From Octopus vulgaris (lineage: Eukaryota), in the NCBI GenBank assembly GCA_951406725.2, contig OX597817.1:84940001-85004000 (forward strand): a stretch of 64,000 nt of DNA, read 5' to 3'. The notes below the pieces were generated by a model. That model was given only the letters and a program-made list of their open reading frames with translations, made no database searches and had not been told where the DNA came from. Shown one piece after another: positions 52,612 through 64,000 of this stretch (position 1 is its first letter; every line of letters starts with the position of its first letter). The translations under genes and the position numbers were made by a program.

Positions 52612-53802
52612 AACAAAGCAAAATAGCTTGTTCAAGATTGCTGCTAAATGGAACGAAGAAAAGAAACAATTTAAATAGTCAAAAATCACTAACAGTCAAC
52701 TCATTTCAGATTTGTACATATAACATGTGACGAAATTATTAAACTAAAGTGACATCCAAATGAAGTAACTACACCAAGCTCCTTCCAGATTATTGGAGAA
52801 GCAACAATGAATAAGAATCAATATGAAACAATAGGTAGCAAAACACTGAATGATTATGCAGATATATCAACAGAATTGAAAGATACAAATGGTGATATAG
52901 TCAAAGGAATGACAGAAATCTACCATGTATTTTTTTTTTTAAATCTTTATTCAGAAGGGAGGGAGGTACCCTTAAACCAAAGATCTGGCCCATATGCTTG
53001 CAACAGAGTGGACTAGATGCTAGTGTTAAACTAGGCAATAGGTTAAGTCTACTACCCCAAAATTCAGTTTACCACCCCTGTGCAAGTTACAAAATGTGTT
53101 GGGAGATCTGCATATTTGTATAATATGTAAATGAATCTTCATAATGCATACAGATGAATCTGTAGGATATGATTATTGTATGTGCTTTCATGCAAGTGGG
53201 TCTGCAGGAAAGTGAACTGAAAAGAGCTAAGTGAAAACCAGAGAGTTGGGTTGTTAGCCTGAAGGAAACTGCTGTAAGTATATGGTTACCTAAGAATAAA
53301 AATAAAAAAAAAACTGGTGTAATAACTAATATTGTAGTTATAACATTAAGTTTTGACATAGGTGGGAAGTCTCTTATCTGTTATCATAAATGAGCTTAAA
53401 AAGAAACAAACTGTCCTGTCATAGAAAAAAAATGTGCCTATAGATACATACTGTGCTGTGCAACTATAAAAATATGTATGTGTTTATAAACTGGTGGAAA
53501 TAGAAATCAGCAAATGATTTTTTTATGGAGCCCAATGTGTCTTATAATTTGAGATAGCCAGGAGAACAGATTGTTTGATCAAGGTGAAAAAAAGAGAGAG
53601 AGGGAGAGGTAAAATAGTCTGTTCATGGTTGCAGAAGCCCAAAGACATGAAACAGACTACAGGTCTCTGATTGGTTAAAATAATACATGAAAAATAAATT
53701 AGATTAAAATGTCATCAAGACGTGGGTTTCAGACCTTAAAACTGAAATATTACAAATAGTAGGAATTCAATATTTTATGAATTGTATCCCAAAACTAAAT
53801 AG

Positions 53803-53847
<45 letters not shown>

Positions 53848-56269
53848 TGCAAGCATAGCTGTATGTTTGAAAATTTTGCCTCTTAACAACATGGTTTCAA
53901 ATCTGGTCCCACAAGTGTGTGTGTGTCACCTTGTTTTGACATCATGTGGGAATTATGAGTGTCACTGTCCCACAATGTCATTTATTTCTAGTATTCTGAG
54001 AAAACGGGAGTGAATTGGTGAAAAGAAGGGCATCTGGCCATAAAAAAATCTGCTGCAATAAATTCCATCTGACCCATACAAACAAGCATGGCAAAGTGGA
54101 CATTTAAATGACAATGATGCTGACATATATGTGTGTTTGTATTTTAATTTTTAATTGTTCAAAACATATTCCTGTTAGTTTAGCATTCTTAACTTAGTTT
54201 TTAGATTATCATTCTGTTAAAAAGATTGAATTTATAGAGAAATAGGAAACTTTTCAATGTCTAAGATCATTTATTTTTGGTGTCTTGGTTTTTCTTTTCT
54301 CAGAAACAGCATCTTCACTACAATTAAAATAATACAAGAATTTTTCTTTCCCCTGAGAAGTACTCTACAGAAGAATGAACATCTATCAGAAACTGTCTAC
54401 CATTAACAGTTCTCATTTCTTATCTGTCTAACAGCACTCTTCCTTACAGAAGCAATTTCTAAAAAGATTCATCTAACATATTAAATTAAAAAGAAGTTTT
54501 TACATTTTTATATTACAACTATTTCATGCACTTTATTTTTTAAAAAATGGTATAAAAAACAATTTGTGGATTTCTGTTATTCATTTTTTTTTTTTTTTTT
54601 TTTTTTTACAAAAACAATCACTTTAATTAGCTGAAACAACATATCTAAATGTTAGTTGTTGTTTTAGTGCAAGCTGAATTTGAGTCATTCAGCAGAAATG
54701 TAAGATAAATAGCAAGATGCAACAGCATTGCTATTATCATTTTTCATTTCATGCCTGCTTTACTAACTGTATTTTTATCCTTGCCAACAAAATAATAGAA
54801 AACAGTGATATTTTATGTGCCGGTACATGAGTAGTTAGATGTGGAAATATAAATGTGTGCACACACATTATGTACTAAACATTAAAAAGAACAAAAAACA
54901 ACAACAACTAAATAAAACAGAACAGCTGATGAAATGCCAATCACATATTTATCACCAACCAGTTGGACACCTAACCAATTAAACATCTGAGTGTGGGCTG
55001 CTTTTCTTTTAAATTAAGAATAAATATCTCTCTTTTAAGTTTTAATCTCTGCAACACATTTGTTTCACAGATATTGTGTGAGGCATAATAGTTTGTACTT
55101 ATTTTAGACTGAAAGTTCTAATATAGTAGAACTACAACATATCGCTGCTTATAGCAGATGTTGAATAGGTACTTCTGATGACACTCATCCCAATGAATAA
55201 AATATATTGTAACAGTAAATATTCTAAACATAACTGCTTTTAAATATTATATATATATATATATATCATCTCATATTGATGCTTACATACACATAAAAGA
55301 CTTAAGTTCAAGCAATCTTTTTGTTTATGTTCCTTCTGGAAAATTATGCAACATTGTTTTCAAGGAATTTCTGAATAAGGAAAGATAATTACGAAGTGAC
55401 ATGATATCAATAAATAGGATGCTGATAAATAGAATTCCAACATATATACAGCATGGCAAAGGAGCCTGATAAAGGTTTGGGCCTGAATAACACATGATAA
55501 CCCTGATGTCCATGTATGTATCCTTTAGTATCCATGTTCCATGCTGGTATGGGTTGGATGGCTTTACAGGATCTGGTGGGATGGAGGACAGCATCAGGAT
55601 CAAGTGGTGCAGCTTCTGTGATGGATGCTCTTCCTGGCACTACTCACCTTAGAATATGTACTGGGTGCATTTGTCATGATACTGGCACTAGTGAGGTTGC
55701 CAAGTGATATGCAAGACAAAGAAAAAGCACCACCCCACCACTGACTGACTTGAGTAGTGGAAAGGGTGGCAGTCTGTCAGATGGTGAAAGGCTAAAGTAT
55801 GATAAAAGGACAGAAACAAGTATTTTGCTGCAGAGCAGATGCATGGCTATACCACATTATATAAGGGTGGAAGTAACTGGAAGGAAGACTGTGATGGTGG
55901 TGATGAACTGTCCAAGCATACTTTCAAGATACAAGAAGGCGAGTACAAGAAAGAAGACAAGCAAAAATTAGTAAGGGTAGGTGGATAAGTTCATTAAAGT
56001 GTGAAAAGAAAGTGACAGATGGTTAAAGATAAATGTAGCGCATGATGAACAAGAGTAGATATGTAGTCAATGGTAAATATCAGTAAGGAGAGGAGGTGAA
56101 AGAAAAAAGAGCAGCTCAGGAAGGAGGACGTGATAAGTGGCAATACAGCAGTATAGGCCTGTAGATACATCGGAAATACAGAGATGATATGTGAGGTGGG
56201 AGAGTGGGGGACAAAAGTGGGGTGGTTCGTAATAGCAGATATGAGAGGGTTGTGTGTGTGTGTGTGCAT

Positions 56270-56880
56270 GATATCTTACAGCTGAAACTACAGCGGAATT
56301 AGGAAATTCGCAGGCATGGAAGCTAAACCTAGAATCAAGAGGCCTCAAAGTAATCTTAGTAAAGCTGAAGATTTTAGTAAGTAGGAAAGAAGACCTGAAC
56401 CCTAGTATCTTTAGGGAAATGGCCTTGCTTGATATGAAGAAAAGTTAATATTAACTCCATACACACTACTCAATGTAAGCTATGGACTCAAGAGATGTGA
56501 ATTCACAGGCAGACTAACAGAGAAAATAAACTTTGCATGTGACACATGCACTGGAGCAACACAAACTATGTGCAAACCAGAAATATTTTCTCTTAAATGC
56601 CTAGATGGCTCACTAGATGTAATTGATAGCTTTTGTTTTCTAGGCAATGTAATTAACAAGGAAGGTGGTTCATTTGAATGTATAGAAGCCAGGTTAAGAA
56701 CAAGTTGGAAAAGGTTCAGGGAGCTACTACTGATGCTACTGGCAACAAAGGTCTTTCTCCCAGAGTGAAGGGGAGATTGTATGGTGCTTGTGTTAGAACT
56801 GAGATGCTGCATGATAACGAGACATGGGCCTTGAATGTAAAGGACTTGAGATGATTGGAAAGATGGAGGATGGAAAAGAT
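56270..56880 (+). mobile_element. RTE LINE RT fragment containing a Cys/His-rich insert
   Basis: WKLNLESRGLKV..., GKWPCLI*RKV..NSIHTTQCKLWT..RC...FACDTCTG, LDVIDSFCFLG, ARLRTSWKRFRELL, LYGACVRTEMLH..ETW. Confidence 0.8.
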
Positions 56881-56921
56881 AATGGTGGAGTTGTCATGAC
56901 TCATTTATGTAGATTTACAGT

Positions 56922-56923
<2 letters not shown>

Positions 56924-57019
<96 letters not shown>
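56924..57019. repeat. (TA)n(TG)n compound microsatellite
   Basis: Directly visible. Confidence 0.95.
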
Positions 57020-57020
<1 letters not shown>

Positions 57021-58664
57021 TCACATGCACATGTATTTACAAGCCAAAATACCTGACCTTATCTGATGTAGTGAATCCACAGACATATGGCTTAGGAAAT
57101 TTTGTGTAAATCTGTAGATAGTTGTTTTAGATCCAGAAGAAAGTGAACTACATTAGTATGTAAACAGCTTGGAACCACCTGGTGTGTAACTTCACAGAAT
57201 CATACTGAAGAAAAGAATTTCAATTATTCTTGCAGGAACTTATATACCATTGCACCAATGTAGAGTATCTGTTTGGAATGTCCAGTGCTCTAAAATTTTT
57301 AAAGAGTGTTTTGAATAAACACCTTATAGTTGTTTCAGGTTCAGTTCCACAGAATGGTACTTTGAGTAAGTGTCTTCTACCATAGCCCCCTATGTGACCA
57401 AAGCCTTGTAAGGGTACTTGATAGATGTAAGCTGAAAGTAGCCTGCCACATATTATGTGTGTGTGTGCATGTGCATGCAAATGTGCATGTGTAGAGTCAT
57501 TCTGTATATTTGTCTCATTTACATGTGTATTTCTCCCACTAGTTTGTAAACAATGGCTTTGCTAAAGGTGCTTGCTTGCAGTCGATTATGAAAGCATAAG
57601 GAAAATGTGGAGGGGACAGGTGGAAAAGGAGGGTTGGCTTGAGAAGGGAGGAGGCCCAAAACCAGGCAAGGTGACAAGACAGTGTGAGGGAGGTAGCTAT
57701 GGCATTGAGGTAGATCCAGTCACCCCCATTAACGGGGACAAAACCCAGATTTAAAAATACTGGATGATGATGATGATCTGAGCTGTTTGTTGTTCAGATT
57801 ATTATCTCACTTAGAAATAGGCATGAGTTGGTGACAGGAAGGGCATCTGGCAGTTGAAAATTCTGCCCCAACATACCCTCGTCTGACCCATGTAAGTATG
57901 GAAAAGTAAAATTAAAATGGTGATGATTGAAATAATTTTCAAAATGTTTATACTAAAATCTTATCAATTGAAGGATAATCTAACCTAAAAACAGATACAT
58001 ATAAATTTCACATATAGTTCATATTTTTATTGTATTCAACAATTGTTTCATTTAGATAAGTCCCACGAAATGCATACTTACATAATTTTGTACATAATTA
58101 CTATGAGTACTAGCATTATTAATGACTAGTCTTCCACATAACATGGCTAAGATTATGATCTATATTATTATATGAATTATAGTTAGCAGGAGAATTATTA
58201 TTAGAATTTGGGGGATGTTTACTATAAATATCATTCTTATTTAATTTATAACAATTTAATGTTGCTATAATACAGGCTAAATTAGTACTATTCAATGACA
58301 GGCTATTATCATTTTGAATGAATTGAGCCATTCTTTACATTAGTAAATGACTTATTGTGAGGCATAAAGTTAGTATCAGCAAATTGAAAAGTATCATGTG
58401 AAACACTATTGATATCAGAAGTGCTAGAAATATATTTTTTAAATGGAAAGAAATACTAATTCTTGGATTTAGATGAGGAATAGTTATATTGGTTATATTT
58501 TTTGTGTTAAGTGTTAATCAGATAGCCTTTTACAAAATTATATTTGTTGTTTGTAGAGGAGCAAACAGATTTAATCAATGAGAATTTAGTATTTTTAATA
58601 TATTGTGAGGGATTCAAAGTTATTTACACTATTAGTTGGTGAATGATTATAGAATTTTTTTTTT

Positions 58665-58744
58665 CTATTTTTGATAGATATTTGATATTCTATTTTTTTG
58701 ATAGATATTTGATATTCTATTTTTTTGATAGATTTTTGATATTC
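58665..58744. repeat. 27-bp tandem repeat, about 3 copies
   Basis: Unit CTATTTTTTTGATAGATATTTGATATT. Confidence 0.85.
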
Positions 58745-59155
58745 AATTTACGTTTTTAGCATTGTTTGGAAATAAGATATCAATTTTTGATAAAATTATA
58801 ATCACATTGTCTATTAGCATTTGCCACAAAAATTAGATGATAATACCCATTCACAAAGACTAACACTTTAGTATTAAGTCTTGTATTATGTCCAAGATGT
58901 TCCTAAAAATAAACAACAGCCTGAAATTCCTCCTAATATAATTTGGGGAAAACATGTCATTGAGTATTAGAATAACAATTTAGTTCTTAGTCCCACACAG
59001 CTGGTTACTTTTGCAGAATGTCTAAAGTCAGTGGGTTACGTGTCTAATTTGTATTACAAAATTCCATAAAATTTGTTCCTTTTTTTCATTGTCTCACTTT
59101 ATAATGGTCCACAAACCTGTGTCAATCATCATGATTTTTCACCTTGGCCAACATA

Positions 59156-60038
59156 TGAGGTCTTATCAATAAGTATCCAGACTGTTGCCATAGTAACGAA
59201 GCTGAAGCATGCAGAGTGAAGCTGCCTGGTACAGATTTACCTTGAACTCTCCTGTGTATGCACACTAAGTTTTAATGCTGTAGCTCACTTCCACTGTTTA
59301 CAGCCATGCATGGAAGGAAGGTATGTAGCACGTGATCATTGCATTGACCATCACAAAGAAAGCTGTCATGGCAATACCTGCTCAGAGGCCTACATGAAGT
59401 TGCAGAAAGTGTATGGAGAGAAGTGTGTAAGCCATACAGAAGTGCACAAGTGGTTCACATGTTTCCAAGATGGCCGAAAAATGTTGATACTGACAAACAT
59501 TCTGGGGGACCCACAACCAGCAGAACTGAGAAAAACATCACAGATGTGCATGCAGCTGTGAGGGGAAAGCATTGAATCACCATCTATGAATTATCAGAGG
59601 ATGTGCAGATTAGTTACGGTTCAGTTCAGTCCATTATCACTGAAGATTTGGGTAAAAGATGTGTGTCTGCCAACTTTGTGCCCAAACTGCTTTCAGCTGA
59701 CCAAAAGGACATTCTGGTTTCAGTTGCACAAGATCTCCTTGATTGTGTTGAGAACAATGAAATATTTGTGTAAGCCTCTGAGCAGGTATTGCCAAACTTT
59801 TGGCAAAATTTGATGTAGATTCTTTGCTCAACTTTCTCTGTCATGTTCAATGCGATGATCACACAATACACACCATCCTTCCAAGCTCAGTTTTAAACAG
59901 CAGAAGTGAGCAAGAACATTGAAACTTAGTGTGCGTGCACAACAGTATTCAAGGTCAATCTGTGCCAAGTGGCTTCACTCTCCATGCTTTGGCTTTGGTA
60001 CTTTAGCAACAGTCCGGATATTTATTGATCAGACCACA
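59156..60038 (+). mobile_element. Non-autonomous foldback mariner derivative (two 5' ends), copy 1
   Basis: TA flanks and ~240-bp inverted arms. The left part encodes an N-terminal transposase remnant (EAYMKLQKVYGE..WFTCFQDGR, ANFVPKLL); the right arm is an inverted 5' end (MTEKVEQRIYIKFCQKFGNTCSEAYT). Confidence 0.9.
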
Positions 60039-61717
60039 TAAAGCATCAAATTGTTCACCTCCAATTTTCAGGTACCTACAACTTACAACAGCTCACAAAA
60101 TAACCTAAATTACTAACACCATTGCTTCTCATTTTCTAATTGACTCTTATTTGAGAATAGCAATCTGGTGGAATTCATAGGATTGTTATTCCACTAGGAT
60201 ATGATACTATCATCTGTGAGCCAGTGAAGGAACTTTTGTATATCGTTCATCCTGCGAGGGCTCTCAAATCATACATTGGATAATGTAGCTAAAATGTATT
60301 TTATCTAATAGGAACAATTGGATGGTGAAAGTTGAAATGTTTTTTTAGTTACAGGTTTGCTTCATCAGGGTGACAAGATTTTAAATACACTTCAAGTCCC
60401 CCGCTACCAGGATGAGTCAAACAGTTACATCCATTATAACACTACCACTGAAGAACATGTCTTATGATACAAATAGCTCTTTCTTAGTACTATCAAGTTT
60501 ATGCTGGTTGCTTCCATCCTTGTAAACAGGCTGCTTTCATTAGAGCATTAGAAAGTATTCCCCTTAGGTGAAACAAAAGAGGAAGAAAAGAATATAAGGA
60601 ACTTAGTGAAGTCAGTAGAAACAGTCAGAGGCCTCATTCTATTAAAACAGCATACAAAGTACTTTGTAAAAACATTATAGGAAGTCAGAGACTGGTCTAT
60701 TAAAGTAAGAATGAGCAGAAAAGATAGTTATCAAGAAAGAAAAGGAAACTATTCTACTTCCTAAGTAGATAATGTATTGAAAATTTAGATAGCAACTAAA
60801 TTTTCTCTTTTTTCACCCACTAATTGAAACAGTGCTTCAATAGCATTGTTCAGAAATTAAACAATTCTGAGATACCACCTGTGCGATAAAGAGTATTGTC
60901 AGCATATTTGAAATGCTTATTTATTCCACTTTAGATTTCCAAATGCTCCATGCATTAAATATACTAACAACTATTTACCTATTGGTTGCTGAGTGGAAAT
61001 ATTTAATTCCTTAACAATTGTTTTTCCATGCACATCAATATACATACCTGTATATTATTTATTTAATGATTTGTTCCCTATAAGTTTACTAACTTATGAT
61101 GAAGTTACACAAATGATAATATTAAAATATAGAAGCAATATATCTTGGGTTAGAAAAAAATATGTCTTGAGCTTTTACCTTGCTGATAAAATGAAAAACT
61201 ATCAGCCATTGATGAATATTTTTCTTGTTGCATTCATTCACCTTAAGTAGTGTTAATTGCTTATTTTTCTGACTGCATTAAGTAATAAACTATTTTTGGG
61301 ACTACCAGAAGATATCTGTTGAAAATAATTTCACTTCATAAAAGCATAAATGTGGTCCATATTCTACTCTGCTTAAAACACAGAAAAAAAAAAAAAAAAA
61401 AGATGTAGCCTTGATATTACATGTGCAGTGTGAATATTCTAAAACCATGAGAGAAAAGTGACCCAACTTGAGGAAAATAATCTGTCACATAAATCTTGCA
61501 GATTTACACAAGAGATAAGCTGAGTGTGTATACGTGTATAAGGCCTGTGTGGGAGATAGAATGATTAAATGTGTGCTTGTATAGGTAGAGACATGGTGGT
61601 GTGGTTAAGAAATTTGATATGTGGTTTTATGTTCAGCTGCATAGCATGGCACCTTGCACAAGTGTCTCAAGTTCACAGTACCTTGTGTGTGAAATATAGT
61701 GGGTGGAAACTGTCATG

Positions 61718-61785
<68 letters not shown>

Positions 61786-62252
61786 TTGATTTTATAGTAT
61801 TTTAGGGTTTACAAAAGAATGTAGATAAATCAGTTGGTCATGCAGCATAGGTCAGACTGAGGTAGAATTGGTGTTGGTGAAGTTAAAAAATGTTAAACTG
61901 TGTTTAGTGAAGGTTAGGACTGAGGAGATTATGTTACTATAAATATTTTGGGCATTTTCTAGACTCTTTCTAGTAAGGCTATCTATATTATTGTAGACAA
62001 ATGTATACACATAAATGCATAGCATTACCTGTACAGCCAGAAAAATACATAAAGATGATGCATTTTTCCATACGTATAACCATCTATAGGGAGGGTTATG
62101 TGTATAAACAATATATAAATATAGCAATATATATGCATATCCCCATGTATACTTATGCATATATATATATATACATACTTACTTGCTCATCTGCACATCT
62201 ATTCATATGCATGAATGTATTCAATTGCCCTAACAGAGTGATGCATACATAC

Positions 62253-62301
<49 letters not shown>

Positions 62302-62314
62302 GCACACATACATA

Positions 62315-63203
62315 CATGGTCTGATCTATAAGTATCTAGACTGTTGCTATAGTAACGAAGGTAAGGCAAAGAGAGTGAAGCCACTTGGCACAGATTGACC
62401 TTGAATACTGTTCTGCATGCACACTAAGTTTTAATGTTCTAGCTCATTTCTGCTGTTTATGGCAGTGCTTGGAAGGAAGGAATGTAGCATGTGATCACTG
62501 TATTGATGATGACAAAGTTGAGCAGAGAATCTACATCAAATTTTGCCAAAAGCTTGGCAATACCTGCTGAGAGGCTAACACAAAGTTTTCAAAAAGTTTT
62601 CATCATTTTCAACACAATCAAGGAAATATTGTGCAACTGAAACCAGAGTGTGTTTTTGGTCACCTGGAAGCAGTTTTGGCACAAACTCAGCAGAGACGCA
62701 TCTCATACCCAAATCTTCAGTGATAATGGACTAAACTGAACTGTAACTAATCTGCACATTCTCTGATAACTTATGGATGGTGATTCAATGATTTCCCCTC
62801 ACAGCTGCATGTACATCTGCAATGTTTTTCTCAGTTCTGCTGATAGCAGGTCTTCCAGAATATTCGTCAATATTGACATTTTTTCGGCCATCTTCTAAAC
62901 GTCAGAACCATTCATACACTTGTGTGCGGCCCATACGCCTCTCCATACACTTTCCGCAAAATTGTGCAGGCTTCTGTGCAGGTATCGCCATGACAACTTT
63001 CTCTGTGATAGTCAATGCAACGATAGCATGTTACACACCTTCCTACGAAGCACTGCTGTAAACAGTGGAAGAAAGCTAGAATGTTAAACCTTAGTGCACA
63101 TGCACAGCAGAGTTCAAAATCAATCTGTGCCAGGTGACTTTACTCTGCATGCTTCAGCTTCATTACCATAGCAACAGTCTGGATACTTATTGATCAGATC
63201 TTA
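62315..63203 (-). mobile_element. Non-autonomous foldback mariner derivative, copy 2 (opposite orientation)
   Basis: TA flanks, with the same arms, junction region and internal deletion as 59156-60038, reverse-complemented. Confidence 0.9.
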
Positions 63204-64000
63204 TATATATCACTTACATTACAGAAGTTATGTGTTCCCATAAAACTTCTACTGTCAAATCATGCAACACAAAATTAATCTCCCTATTGATTCACATGTT
63301 ATAAAAATGAAGCATATAATTGTAGCAGCAGAATCAAAACTGATGATTTGAGGAACGATATAACCAATAAGGACATACATATAGAAATAATTTATTTGCT
63401 GCAATAACCCAAATTTCACTTACCCACTCACACTGACTATATAATACTTACCCCTCCCCCCACACTAATGTTCACTCACATTCTCTCTCACCAAAGCACA
63501 TTTTCAATCGCTTTCTTCTTGATGGTATTTTCAAAAAAGTAAATAAAAAAAAGTTTTTAAAAAATCAACACAGCCACTTTTATGCATGAAAATTTTTTAA
63601 CATACACAATACAATTAGTATACATTATAACATCTGAAGTGAAATACATTTGGGAATAAATAAGAATTGTAATACTGTTGTTGGGTATATACTTACAACA
63701 AAAGATGTTGACTACTGACTGATGAGTGGTAGTGGGATGAAAGTTACTGAGAGGATGAGGGACACTATTTTCTATCTTGCACTTTATCATCATCAACATA
63801 AGGGGTGAACTTATCCCAAATTGCTTGATGTTTATGATGCATTATCTCTTTATACAGCAAAGAAAGTTTATATCAAATTCAGAAACAGATTGTGAGACTC
63901 GCAAATGATGTCAGGTTTCAAAATGTTAGAGTTATACGTCATAACCAATAATATACAGCTCAATGATACAGAAATATAACCATTTATTTCTCATATTGAG

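Noticed and set aside
52484-52730. ORFs with ERER, SLSL, YIYI or CVCV runs here and elsewhere
   Set aside because: Translations of dinucleotide microsatellites.
53087-53359. Minus-strand ORF with a good acceptor-like site near 53288
   Set aside because: No recognisable homology or matching donor; such sites are common in AT-rich introns.
58100-58660. Possible NUMT (hydrophobic + strand translation with TGA as Trp)
   Set aside because: No mitochondrial protein motif recognised. The pattern is what the antisense of Asn/Ser-rich sequence gives. A BLAST search would settle it.
51307-64000. Search for the furin start-codon/signal-peptide exon
   Set aside because: No segment resembling a signal peptide plus the N.WAV...A..HGF..LG motif was found. 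It probably lies beyond the window.

Overview
AT-rich eukaryotic genomic DNA, most likely an octopus or other coleoid cephalopod (inferred from its SINE, RTE-tail and microsatellite repertoire). Most of the window lies within one minus-strand gene encoding a furin-like proprotein convertase (subtilisin/kexin S8B). I traced 11 GT-AG, phase-consistent coding exons (51306 down to 1174; 1495 nt) covering part of the prodomain, the RVKR autocleavage site, the D/H/N/S catalytic residues and most of the P domain. The start-codon exon and the C-terminal exons were not found in the window. The introns hold many transposons: a near-intact DD34D mariner broken only at a G14 run, a second mariner fossil, two copies of a foldback (5'-5') mariner derivative in opposite orientation, maT, Tigger/pogo, MULE, Chapaev3-like and possible piggyBac fossils, CR1/L2-like, RTE and Penelope-like retroelement fragments, SINEs and MITEs. 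The most unusual signals are a 103-bp near-perfect hairpin between (TA)n runs, several other intronic hairpins or inverted pairs, and a decayed Asn/Ser-rich exon-like block with intact splice sites. I see no convincing wholly new multi-gene system. All calls were made by eye without database searches, and repeat boundaries are approximate.
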